A stretch of DNA of 64,000 nucleotides from Hypanus sabinus (taxonomy: Eukaryota), in NCBI RefSeq assembly GCF_030144855.1, contig NC_082711.1, positions 111,848,001 through 111,912,000 on the forward strand. The letters run 5' to 3'. Under the pieces are notes generated by a model that made no database searches, was not told the origin of the DNA, and saw nothing but the letters and a program-made list of their open reading frames with translations. The position numbers and the translations under genes were made by a program. Each line of letters opens with the position of its first letter. Within the stretch, counting starts at the first letter, position 1. Shown in pieces: positions 50,201 to 62,858 of the stretch.

Positions 50201-53200
50201 TGCTAGGGTTAAACAGGTGGGTTGCTGGGTGATGTGGCTCAGTGGGCTAGAAGGGCCTATTCCACACTGTATCTAAAATAAACTTCAGATCCAAATAACG
50301 TAAACTGCTAAGAGTGACAAAAATCCGATCAATAAAAACTAAAATTTCAAAATAATTATCTAGTCAGGTAATTCACATGGTATATTGGGAAATGGAATGT
50401 CATGCTCGTATGATCTGTAATTATTCAACATGCTGTCATTCCACTGAAATGTGACTCACGACAGCTGGCATCTCAATACCAGAGCTACCAGTTTAGAAAT
50501 AGTCTCTTGACCTGTCTGTTAACACCCAGCATCATGCATAGCTTACCCATCAGCAGAGCCGAGCTCCTACCCTAGTAAGGCGACAGCCAAGTTCATGTCC
50601 TCTCTACAAAAATAGATTAATCCTCCTGCTCCTATTGACAGAACCACTTTTTAGTTGAACTGTTCAAGAGCTCATTTATAAACACAAGGGAACCTACAGC
50701 AATTTAGAACATAGAATAGTACAGCAAAGTACAGACCCTTCAGCCCACAATGTTGTGCAGCCCCTTAAACCCTGCCTTGCATATAACCCTCCACATTAAA
50801 TTCCTCCATATACCTGTCTAGTAGTCTCTTAAATTTCACTGGCTCCACCACTGACTCAGGCACACAGCCCAGTCAATGTGCATTAAAATTGACTTTCAAC
50901 TCACCATCACTGCTATTTCCAGCCTACAAGATTAAGTGCATCTTAAAAAAGATATTTTGAAAAATATGTCATTTTTTGAGCAGATCTGAGGCCACCATAT
51001 TTTCTTTCTTTATTGTACCTGCCTCTTTAGCACATTTAAGAGGTTACCATGTACAACATGAAAGCTCTGGTAATGGTGTTGACTGACAGCGCGTTTATAC
51101 AAACAGACTGAAATGTGACAAGACTCTATTCTCTTGTACTTGCATCAAAAGCATGAAGACTCAAGATTGTTTGCAACATACACAAGAACCTGAAGGAACT
51201 GAGCTGGTCAGGCAGCATCTACGAAATAAATAAACAGTTGAAGCTTCGGACCCAGACCCTTCTTCAGGAAAGATGTTTAATGTCACTTCCAGTGCACAAG
51301 TGTAATGGAGAATGAAATAATTGTTATGCCAGATCTGATGCAACAAAATAAAACTACAAACACAATAATAAAAATACACAATAAATATAAAATAGCTTAT
51401 ATACATAGATTGTCCATCGATAAAGTGACTGACAGGAAATGATTAGGTAGTGGTGGTTGAGGGTGTGGAGGGGTAGGTTAGTAGGACCCTTCATGATATT
51501 GCTGCCCTATTGTCCTGGCACCATTCTGTACACATGCCCATGATGGCAGGTTACTAGACAGAAATTGCTTTTCCAATGAATGGCTTGTCACTTAGAAGAG
51601 GTTGTTTAAATTATTCCACTTCAGCAGATCCTCAAAGCTTCAAAGAATCCTTCCAATTTATTCCAGCGTCATTTTTCAGACTGCACCGGATTAACTGACT
51701 GCATCCAATTTAGAGTTACCAAAACTGACTTCAGTTGATGAAGGGTCTTAGCTCAAAATGTCGACTGTTTTATTCATTCCATTGGCACTGCCTGACCTGC
51801 TGAGTTCTTCCAGCGTTTTCTATGTGTTACTTTGATTGCAGTAGACAGGGCTCAGGGTGGCCCGACAATAACCTGTGCTTCAGCTTGGTCTGCCACAACA
51901 CTTAGTCAATTATGCACGGGCATATCTGTTTTGATTCCTGTAGTAACTATAGCCACAGGAACAATCAGCCAAGGACAACAAAGCCCAGTGCCTAGAAGGG
52001 AAAAGCTGATAAGAGGAAGGGATAGCTGAGACACATAGGATTTAATGTTAAGCCACTATTTTTTCTATTTAAATACAGAAGAAATCTGTGGCAAGAGAGG
52101 CACTTAAATTATTCACAAAAATGAAAACCTTTCTGTTGAAGCAATGTTTCCTGAGAGGAACCACAACTGCTTGTAGCAATTTTATTATTTATTATTTTAA
52201 ACCCCAAGACACGGAATCAGGACGAGGCCATTCGGCCCATCGTCTTCCCCGCCAGTTCATCATTCTTTATTATCCCTTCCAAACTCATTCCGCCGCCTCC
52301 AACCTTCGCTTCAAATATACTCAATGACTTGGTGTCCACAGCTGCGCATGTCAACGAGTTCCAGATTCACCACTCTTTGCCTAAAGAAATTCATCTCATC
52401 TTTTTCTAAATGGACGTCCTTCTATTGCGAGACTGTGTTCCGAGACTTCCCCAGCATTGTGCCTCTGTTCCTAAACTTCCCACCACTGGAAACAACTCTA
52501 ATTTTTAAGTCGTACACACTTGCTGCGCGGTAATTGCAGATTTAGACCTCCAATCTGCTGCTTGTAACCGAAAGTCCAATTTCCGCTACAGCCAGAAACA
52601 CCTTAACCCGCTTCTGGGTGTAAGTCATTCAATATTTCCTGCCCAAGTGTCTAATCGGGTGTACCCTTTGCACACCAGACAACTTAAAAAAAATTCAGTT
52701 AAGCTACAAACTGATTTAAAGATTATTTAACTATCACACTGACGCACTTAGCTGCATTTAAAAAGCAGAAAACGAATCAGTTGATGACGATTACTAATTC
52801 ACAAGGGTGCAGTCCCAATATGGTAGGCGAGTAAACGTATCGTGGATTCGGAAATACAGGCACATGGAATTTAATATTTTCACTAGGACACAGAATTGTG
52901 ACAGGGTTTGTCACGCAGTACTACCATTTTGATAGGAATGATAACTTATAGAGTGAGCACTTTCGCACAAACGATGGCATAAAGTGCAAACTTGGAGATA
53001 AAAGACAAAATTATGTTAATTAAGGCAACGTTAAATCAACGGGTATTGAGCTGGCGCTTAAGGAGGTCAATTGATTCTGCATCCCTTACAGTTTTAGGTA
53101 TTGAATTCCGCAGTTCAGAAAAGGCTGACTTGCCAATTATCTTTTGAGGGAGAGTGTTTAAAATTAAGAGACCGGCGGGGTTGTGGCAGACTATTCTCAG

Positions 53201-53229
53201 AATAGTCCTCCATTCATTCGCTGACTGAA

Positions 53230-53880
53230 CTCAGTCACAGAACGCAGACAGGGGCAGCCACCCCGGTACTCACCACTTTGATTAACCTGACTGGGTCGGC
53301 TCGGATGACTGGTGCTTCGCTGTGTCGTGATCGCCTACCCCGCTCCGCCGATCTGAACCCGACTAGATGGCGACCGCTCCGCTTGTCAAGAGGGAAGTCG
53401 CGTCCTTCGCTCCGTAACCACTAGGCGGAAGGCGGGTCCCTATCGCCCGGGACGGCCAATCGTCACAATCAGCGTCACACTGCTCGCCTTCTATTGGTTC
53501 AGTTACAATGATTGACGTCTCCGCTCCCCACCTCGAAAGGAGAAGCGCCTCGCTTGCTCCAACCACCAGCCGCTTGAACCAGCCAATCCCCACAAAGAAT
53601 GTCTGCGCCTCGGGCCACCTATTAGTTTACGACAAAGATTGACGTCCTCGCAAACGCCACTGTGAGTAATTCAAATTTTCTTCCAATCTACGTCAACCGG
53701 AAAGCAATGGCCCTGTGAGCCAATCACGTTCTAGCGTGGATATTATGGCGGGCGCGTGGATCGCGTTAATGGCGGTCGGTTGGGGGTGCGCGCGCAGCTA
53801 ACGGTTTCTCCTCTAGTCTTCCGATCGAGTTAGCGCGAAAACCCGCCCGGTTTGCTTAAATATCCTCGAATATGAACCCC
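53230..53880. promoter_or_regulatory. CpG-island promoter with NF-Y, CRE-like and YY1-like motifs
   Basis: CCAAT/ATTGG at 53456, 53493, 53583, 53683, 53720; TGACGT/ACGTCA at 53513, 53640, 53690; ATGGCG at 53367, 53745, 53769; high CpG density. Confidence 0.85.
53274..53420 (-). other. slc25a55: Probable non-coding exon 1 of the carrier gene (5' end approximate)
   Basis: Donor GTG|gtgagt at 53268-53273 inside a CpG island, downstream of a CCAAT cluster. Confidence 0.65.
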
Positions 53881-54118
53881 GTGTTATAAACCAAGAGTTT
53901 GCTAGAAGAATGAATAATTCGGGTTTGTATTTAAAAAACTCCATGTAAAGGGAAGCGTGAAACTGCACGTGTCATGGTGACCGGCCATTCGGCCCGTCGA
54001 GCCTATGCCCCCTGAATATATCCCTGTGACCTATTAATCCAGGGTTATACAAGTCAGACCATAAAACAAAGGAGCTATTCAGCCCATTGAGTCTTCTCCA
54101 CCATTTCATCATGGCTGA

Positions 54119-55628
54119 CTGTCTATGAAGGTTTTCAGTTATCTAGGTCATTGGATATCAAGCAGTAGTAAATCAAGGGAACTAGACTTGCTGTGTTGTC
54201 TATAAGGTATTTGACCCCTCATCCAGGAGGCTTCTTCAGTTCTAATCCATGGTGGAGAGTTTTCTGGCTCATAAACTTTCAGTTTTCAAACCCATCCCTG
54301 TACATAGGGGGTTAGGTATGACACCACCAATCAGCTACTTACAAGACGTACAACACACTGGAGGAACTCAGCAGGTCAGGCAGCATCCATTGAAATAAGC
54401 AGTCAACGTTTCAGGTCAAGACCCTCAGGACTGAAGGAGGAGGGGGCAGCGGCCCCATAAAGAAGATGGGGGAGGGTGGAAAACCAATCAGGAAAGATCA
54501 AGGGGTGGGGGAGGGGAAGCAGGGAGGGGATAGGCCAGAGAGATGAAGAAGGAATGTAAGGGGAAAGCACTGTGGGTAGTATGAGAAGGCCGAGTCATGA
54601 GACGTGATAGGCAGCTGGAAGAGGAGACAGAGTGAATGGGGGAGGGGGGGGTAGGAATTACCAGAAGTTGGAGAATTCAATGTTCATGCCAAGGGACTGG
54701 AGACTACCCAGACGGTATTTGAGGTTGCTCCTCCAACCTGAGTTTGGCCTCATCATGGCAGTAGAGGAGGCCATGTACGGACATATCTGAATGGGAATGT
54801 GAAGGAGAGTTGAAGTGGGTGGCAACTGGGAGATCCTGTCTGTTGTGGCGGACAGAGCGTAGGTGCTCGACGAAGCGGACCCCAATCTGCGTCGTGTCTC
54901 ACCGATGTAGAGGAGGACACACTGGGAGCACCAGATGCAATAGATGACCCCAACAGACTCACAAGTGAAGTGTTGCCTTACCTGGAAGGACTGTTTGGGG
55001 CCCTGAATGGTGGAGTTCACTTCATACAATGCTTCCCTCTCCCTTTCCCCCATCTTACTTTCACTCTGCCTCCTCTTCCAGCTACTGGTCACCTCTCTCA
55101 TGGTTCTGCCTCCTTTTACTACCCATAGTGCTTTCCCCTTACATTCCTTCTTCACCTTTCCTGCCTATCCTCTCCCTGCTTCCCCTCCCCCACCCCTTGA
55201 TCTTTCCTTTAATTGGTTTTTCACCTGACACCTTCTTTATAGGGCCCCTGCCCCCTCCTCCTTCAGTCCTGACAAAGGGTCTCAGCCTGAAACGTTGACT
55301 GCTCCTTTCAACGGATGCTGCCTGACCTGCTGAGTTCCTCCAGCTCGTTTGTACGTGTTGATTTGACCACAGTATCTGCAGTGTACTTTGTGTAGCTACT
55401 TACAAAGCAGTCCTAACATCTCTACTCCAGTGTCTCCACAACAGTTCACACCTACATTCATGTAGACTAATAAGACTAATGACTCGCATTACTCTTAATG
55501 ACCCTCATGTGATTGCTATACTCCCACCGTGGATTGGAACTGAAGGATCCTCTTGGATAAGTGGAGAAATGTCTTTGAGACAACACAGCAAGTCCAGTTG
55601 CCTTGATTAGCTACTACACCTACTTGAT
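54119..55628 (+). mobile_element. Penelope-like element family A (outer), with inverted terminal repeats
   Basis: 11-bp TSD ATCATGGCTGA (54108-54118, 55629-55639); arms ~54153-54256 and ~55524-55632; GIY-YIG C-terminal remnant (KPSL...ATYKAVL) split by the inner element. Confidence 0.75.
54345..55393 (-). mobile_element. Penelope-like element family B (inner): GIY-YIG domain flanked by ~290-bp inverted repeats
   Basis: ORF 54658..55155 FTCESVGVIYCIWCSQCVLLYIGETRRRLG; 12-bp TSD AGCTACTTACAA (54333-54344, 55394-55405). Confidence 0.9.
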
Positions 55629-56962
55629 ATCATGGCTGATCCATTTTCCCTTTCAGCTTTCTAACTGTAACCCTTCATGTCCTGACTAATCAAGAAGCTA
55701 TCAACCTCTGTCTTAAGTACACCCAATGAATTGATTTCCACAGCCACTTGTAGCACCCCTCTCGTCCACAGGCTCCACAGTGATGCTTTTTTTGTCTCCA
55801 TTCCCTTTCCCTATTCTTGCCCCCCTTATCAGTTCAGATATTTTCGAGAAATCTTGTACTTGGCGGATTAACGGGGCAAAATAAAAGTTCTTCCAGAGGA
55901 GCTATTATTTTAGGCTGCCATTCTGGAGGATGACATCACTGGAACCCCAGATTTGGATTTTTAAAACTCTGTGAAAGCAGTACTTAGCAATAATTTGGAG
56001 AGACAGCACAGTAACAGGCCATTCGGCCCATTGAGCTTGTGCCACCCAATTACAGCCCCGCGTGATTATTTCCCCTACTATCCCGTGTGTCTTTGGGATG
56101 TGGAAGGAAACCAGAGCCGTGGGAGGAAAATGGAGGTCATGGAGTGAACATACAAACTCCCTACAGTCAACAGCAAGAAATGAACCTGGGTCACTGGCAC
56201 TGTAAAATATTACACTAACCACTGTGCCACCTCCACTGGCAAACTGGTGGTGGCAACTGGCATTTGATTTCCTGACCAAGGTGAGGCACAGCTAACCATG
56301 AACCTGATCTGACGTATAACATCGCTGCTCTCACTGCAGCCTACCCAGGGAACCTCTTACCTCTTGCTGCTTGGCTTATCAAGAATCCACCTCTGCTGTA
56401 AAAGTATTCAAAGAATGCTTCCACTCCACATAGAGTTTTAAAAACCCATCTCCTACAGATCATTATCTTCTGCTTTCCTTCCCAAGTTAAAAAAAACATT
56501 TTAAATTTTATTGACCTTTGCAAATGTACATCCAGGATGTGTATTGTTATTGACTTAGCTAAGATTGAATGAAAATTTAGTGGGGGGAGGAGTGAGAGGT
56601 AAGTTTTTTTTTACACAGATTGATGAGTGCGTGGAATGCACTGCCAGGGGTGGTGGTAGATATATTAGAGAAATTTAGGAGACTCTTGGATAGACACATG
56701 GATGATAGAAAAATGGAGGGCTACAATATGCGGAAGGAAATAATCATAGATGGGTTATAAGGTCAACATTGTGGGCTGAAGGACCTGTACTGTGCTCTAG
56801 TATCTAGAGGTCATGGGGTAAGGTAGAAAGATAAAATGTTTAAAGAGAATATGAAAGAGAACTTCTTTGCTCAGAGGGTTGTGAGAGTGTGGAACGAGCT
56901 GCTAGTGCAAGTGGTGGATATACATTTGATTGCAACATTTATGAGAAATTTGAATAGATAAT

Positions 56963-59702
56963 CGTAGAGACAGAAATATGGGAAGAGGGGGTGGGGTGGC
57001 CCTGTTGGTGAGGAATGAGATTCAGTCCTTAGCAAGAGGTGACTTGGGAACAGGGGAAGTAGAGTCTGTGTGGATTGAGCTGAGGAACAGTAAGGGTAAA
57101 AAGACCCTAATGGGTGTTGTGTACAGGCCCCCAAACAGTAGCGTGGATATTGGGTACAAGTTGATTAGGGAGTTAACATTGGCATGTGCTAAAGGTAATG
57201 CAGTCGTTATGGGAGATTTCAACATGCAGGTGAACCGGGAGAATCAGGTAGGTGCTGGACCCCAGGATAGGGAGTTTGTGGAGTGTCTGAGGGATGTATT
57301 TTTGGAACAGCTTGTGCTTGAGCCAACCAGGAACGAGGCTATTTTGGACTTGGTGATGTCTAATGAACAGGAATTGATAAGTGATCTTGAAGTAAAGGAG
57401 CCATTAGGAAGTAGTGATCATAACAGGATAAGTTTTTATCTACAATTTGAGAGGGATAAGGGCAGATCAGAGGTGTCAGTGTTGGAATTAAATAAAGGAG
57501 ACTACGGAGCCATGAGGGATGAGCTGGCCAAAGTTAAATGGGCAGATGCCCTGGCAGGAAAGACAGTGGATCAGCAGTGGCAGATATTCTTGGGCATAAT
57601 ACAAAAGATGCAAAAGCAGTTCATTCCAATGAGAAGGAAGGATTCAAAGAGGGGGAAGGGGCCACAGTGGTTGACAAAGGAAGTCAGAGATCGTATAGCA
57701 TTAAAGAAAAAGAAGTATGACAGGGCTAAGATGAGTGGGAATTCAGATGATTGGGAAAGTTTTAAGGAACAGCAGATCTTAACTAAAAAGCAATACGGAG
57801 AGAAAAAATCAGGTATGAGCTCAGTCTAGCCAGGAATATAAAAGGGGATAGCAAAAGCTTTTTTAGCTATGTGAAGAGAAAGAAGATAGTTAAGAACAAT
57901 GTTGGCCCCTTGAAGAATGAATTGGGAGAAATTGTTATGGGAAACAGGGAAATGGCAACAGAATTTAATGCGTACTTTAGATCTGTCTTCACCAGGGAGG
58001 ACACAAGCAATCTCCCAGATGTATGGATGGGCCAGGGTCATAAGATATCAGAGGAATTGAGACAGATTGACATTAGGAAAGAAACTGTGGTGAGTAGACT
58101 GGTAGGACTGAAGGCTAATAAATCCCTGGGTCCAGATGGTCTGCATCCGAGGGTTCTAAAAGAGGTGGCTCAGGAAATTGCGGATGCATTGGTAATCATT
58201 TTCCAATGTTCCTTAGATTCAGGATCAGTTCCTGAAGATTGGAGAGTGGCTAATGTTATCCCACTTTTCAAGAAGGGAGGGAAGGAGAAAACAGAGAACT
58301 ATCGCCCTGTTAGCCTAACGTCAGTCGTGGGGAAGATGCTTGAGTCCATTATTAAGGATGAAATAGTGGCACATCTTGATGGCAGTAATAGGATTAGGCC
58401 GAGCCAGCATGGATTTACCGAGGGCAAATCATGCTTGACTAATCTGTTGGAGTTTTTTGAGGGTGTAACAAGGATGTTAGACGAGGGTAAGCCAGTGGAT
58501 GTTGTGTACCTAGATTTTCAGAAGGCATTCGATAAGGTGCCACATAGGAGATTGGTGAGTAAAATCAGAGCTCATGGCATTGGGGGCAGGGTTTCAACAT
58601 GGATAGAAAACTGGTTGGCAGATAGAAAGCAAAGGGTAGCAGTGAATGGGTGTTTCTCGGAATGGCTGGAGGTGACTAGTGGGGTACCACAGGCTCTGTA
58701 TTGGGACCACAGCTCTTTATGATTTATGTCAACAATTTAGATGAGGGCATTGAAAACTATATCAGCAAGTTTGCTGACGATACTAAACTGGGTGGCAGTG
58801 TGACATGTGAAGAGGACGTTAGGAGAATACAGGGAGACTTGGATAGGCTGGGTGAGTGGGCAGATACTTGGCAGATGTCATTCAATGTGAATAAATGTGA
58901 AGTTATCCACTTTGGAAGCAGGAACAAGAGGGCAGAGTATTGTCTGAACGGTGTAGAGTTAGGTAAGGGAGAAATGCAAAGAGACCTAGGAATCCTAGTT
59001 CATCAGACAATGAAGGTGAATGAGCAAGTGCAACAGGCAGTGAAGAGGGCAAATGGAATGTTGGCCTTTATTACAAGGGGAATTGAGTGCGAGAGCAAGG
59101 ATGTCCTTTTGCATTTGTACTGGGCCCTGGTGAGACCACACCTGGAATATTGTGTACAGTTTTGGTCTCCAGGTTTAAGGAAGGACATTCTGGCAATTGA
59201 GGAAGTGCAGCGTAGATTCACTAGGTTGATTCCTGGGATGGCAGGGCTGTCTTACGCAGAGAGATTGGAGAGATTGGGCTTGTACACACTGGAATTGAGG
59301 AGATTGAGAGGGGATCTGATTGAAACGTTTAAGATAATTAAAGGATTTGATAGGATTGAGGCAGGAAATATGTTCCAGATGTTGGGAGAGTCCAGTACCA
59401 GAGGGCATGGATTGAGAATAAGAGGTCAGTTATTTAAAACAGAGTTGAGGAAGAGCTTCTTCTCCCAGAGAGTTGTGGAGGTGTGGAATGCACTGCCTTG
59501 GAAGACGGTGGAGGTCAATTCTCTGGATGCTTTCAAGAAGGAGCTAGATAGATATCTGATGGATGGGGGAATCAAGGGATATGGGGACAAGGCAGGGACT
59601 GGGTATTGATAGTGAATGATCAGCCATGATCTCAGAATGGCGGTGCAGACTCGAGGGGCCGAATGGTCTACTTCTGCACCTATTGTCTATTGTCTATTGT
59701 CT
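56963..59702 (+). mobile_element. Young 5'-truncated CR1 LINE; ORF2 (APE endonuclease + RT) broken by two frameshifts
   Basis: ORFs 56978..57829, 57871..58722, 58701..59609; GDFN, SDH, QHGF, LDFQKAFD, FADD; (CTATTGT)3 tail; possible TSD ATAAT. Confidence 0.96.
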
Positions 59703-60659
59703 ATAATGGCTATGGTTCAGGAGCAGGTCGATTGGAGTAGACAGATTAATAGTTCGGCATGGACTAGATAGGCTGAAGGGCCTGTTTTTGAACTGCAGTG
59801 CCCTTTGAGTCTAAGTACTTAGATTAAGCAGTTGTAGTCTTTTTAAGCACTCCACTTCAGTAGGAGATAGGACCCTTATAACTAGAATAATTTAAATTTT
59901 GATCAAATTAATGACAAGAAGTACAGTTTTGCACATCAACAAGTGTATAAAGCATCATCAGATATTAGATCTATTGCAGCACCGTTTTAGAAGAGCCAAT
60001 CGTGTCTCCCACCTACAACTTTTCCAATAGATATGAGGATTTGAAAGCTGCTAATAAGATTGCTCCCACCAGCTTTCTACTTCTCTGATTCTTTATGCAT
60101 CATGTACCTGACAAGATTTTCCTTATTTGTTCACGGTCTTGAATTACCTCTTTTAAACAATACAATAAAGAAAGCGACCTTATCCCAACTGAACCATTTA
60201 GCTAATTCTGTATTTAAGCCCCCCAATGTGGATAAATAGAATGTCATTTACAGTGTAACATTCCATTTGTTTACAAGTTTACATTAACTCAGCATGCCAC
60301 CTACTTTTCATTTATATATTTGATGAGCAGTTTTTGAGAAGTTTTTATGTGGATTAAGTCCCTTCATCTACACTAGGAGGATATTTCAAACTACAGGACT
60401 TTCCCCACAGAGCCTTTGAGGTGTACTGTCGTCATATGTAGGTCTTTAAGGTACTGATCTGCAACATTCATGGAAATCTCCATGCAGTGGAAAAACCAGC
60501 AAGGTTTGAGTGGATCAAATCAGTGGAATCCTTAAATGGATAATCTTTCAGCAGCGGTTAAGGTGGTTGAGCATGTCTAAGTGTCAGCTTATTCCAACAA
60601 AACACAGAAACTAATGCCCACTGACATCTCGTGCTTCTAGTGTTGTTGCAAAAACCTTA

Positions 60660-61315
60660 GACCTTAGAAGGAATTGATTGTGGACTTCAGGAAGGGGGAA
60701 GTCAAGGGAACACTCAACAGTCCTCATTGATGGATCAGCAGTGGAAAAGTTGAGCAGTTTCAAGTTCGTGGGTGTTAACATCTCCGAAGATCTGTTCTGG
60801 GCCAACATACAGTATTGATGCAATTACAGAAGCTAAATTTCATTCGGAGCTTGAGGGGACTTGGTATGTCACCAAAGATGCTCACAAATTTCTACATATG
60901 AACTGTGGAGAGCATTCTAACTGGTTTCTTCACCATCTGGTATAGGGGGGCCATTGCACAGGATTGGGAAAAGCTGCAGAAAGACAGTGTCCATCCTTAT
61001 GGACCCCCATCACCCAGGATATGCCCTCTTCTCACTGTTCCCATTGGAGAGGAGGCACAGGAAGCTGAAGGCACATACTTAAAGTCTTAAACAGCTTCTT
61101 CCCCTCTGCCATCAGATTTCTGAATAGACAATAAACCACTCCATGAACACTACCTAACTATTTTTGCACTAATTAAATTTAATGTTTTATATATATATTT
61201 CTTAATGTAATTTATAGTTTTAAAATTATGTATTGCAATATAATACTGCTGCAAAACAACAAATTTCACGACAAACTGTAAGCCAGTGATATTAATTCAG
61301 AGTCTGATTCTGATT
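60660..61315 (+). mobile_element. Rex1/Babar-type LINE 3' fragment
   Basis: ELIVDFRK; ESILTGFFTIWY; (CTGATT)n tail. Confidence 0.75.
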
Positions 61316-61828
61316 GATTCTTGAAGGTTATCATCCAATTCCATCTTTCCTTGTGCATGTCAGAACATGTTACCCTACTTTATTAAATTGCCTGAGCTGT
61401 GCTCTGACTTCCAAATAGTGTAAGTAATAATACCTGGGTGTCTGCTTGTCTGTGGCTAAAGACGAAAAATGAATAACAGCTAACACTATAGTCATCCAGG
61501 TATGTACTCAAGGATCTTCAAATCTGTTGTACTTGAAATGACCCCAATATTCATTTTCTTAAAAAAGACTGTATAATGGTGCGCTTGCAGAGGTCAGAAG
61601 TGTCAAATGTCTGCTCTATGAGTCAGTCTGAGTCATACTTCTTTATTGCTTAAACTAATCCCATTGCCTTTGGGAGACCGTTTCGCTGAACACCTACACT
61701 CTGTCTGCCAGAGAAAGCAGGATCTCCCAGTGGCCACACATTTTAATTCCACGTCCCATTCCCATTCTGATATGTCTATCCATGGCCTCCTCTACTGTCA
61801 AGATGAAACGACACTCAGGTTGAAGGAA

Positions 61829-62437
61829 TGTACAATGTCCTGTGTATGTTACTCAAAATGGCTTCTTTGGTTTGTTATGAGTAGGAATGCTTCTTTGTCG
61901 GATAAGTGTTTCTCTCGCTGTTGTTTCGCTTTAGAATGGCTGATATGGTAATTGTATTCATTTGTTAATCAATGGGGAATGTTATTGTGTCGTGAGGCTG
62001 GGAACTTGGGGGAGGGGTTTTCGCGGGTTTTTGGTGTGAGGGGAGTTGGGAGAAAGACGCCGAGGGAGGTGGACGTGCGCTCGGAAGACCACCGGGGAGT
62101 CCGGGGTGGAAGACGTGGAAGTCGGAGGCAAGCGACGAAGGGTCGATTGGTTCGAGGGTTGAGCTCCAACGAGTGCACTAAACAGACTGAACTTTGATAA
62201 GTTGGCGCCTTTTGTTTTTTCCCATATATATATATTGTATTGCCTAATACTCTTTTAATTTTAGTAAATTCTTTAAAGTGTATTTCATAACGGTATTTGT
62301 TGTGGGTTTGATACTGTTGGCGGGCGCGAGGCATAAACTCGATTCTCACAGCACCAGCGTGAACGGGAGGTGGGTTGGTGAGTGGCTGGATCTCCATTTC
62401 CCCTAGACATATACCAGCCTTTTGGGTAAGTGTTACA
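61829..62437. mobile_element. Solo LTR, 609 bp
   Basis: TGTA...TTACA termini; 4-bp TSD GGAA (61825-61828, 62438-62441); its removal restores the host reading frame. Confidence 0.9.
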
Positions 62438-62824
62438 GGAACAACACCTTATATTCCGTTCAGGTAGTCTCCAACCCGATGGCATGAACATTGATTTCTC
62501 TAACTTCTATTAATGCCCCTCCTCCCATTCTTACCCCATCCCTTATTTATTTATTATTTCCCCCCCTTTTCTCTTTCCTTTTTTTCTTTCTCTGCCCCTC
62601 TCACAATCACACCACGCCTGTTCTCCATCTCCCTCTGGTGCTCCCCTCCCCCTTTCTTTCTCCCTATGCCTCCCATCCCATGATCCTTTCCCTTCTCCAG
62701 CTCTATATCCCTTTTGCCAATCAATTTTCCAGCTCTTAGCTTCACCCCTCTTGCCTCTCCTGTCATTCAAGATTTCCCCCTCCCCTCCCCCTTTCAAATC
62801 TCTTACTATCTTTTCTTTCAGTTA

Positions 62825-62858
62825 GTCCTGACGAAGGGTCTTGGCCCGAAACGTCGAC
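62825..62858 (+). ncRNA. Minimal type I hammerhead ribozyme motif in a Penelope terminal repeat
   Basis: GTC-CTGACGA-A-GGGT(CTTG)GCCC-GAA-ACGT-C-GAC: intact core, stem II, palindromic loopless stem III, 3-bp stem I. Confidence 0.75.

Noticed and set aside
56978-59609. Three ~300-aa ORFs as host genes
   Set aside because: Consecutive pieces of one CR1 ORF2 (endonuclease-RT)
59900-61660. Possible plus-strand exons of a divergent gene (e.g. donor CAG|gtatgt at ~61500)
   Set aside because: Frames examined close quickly and nothing was recognisable; cannot be supported without transcript data
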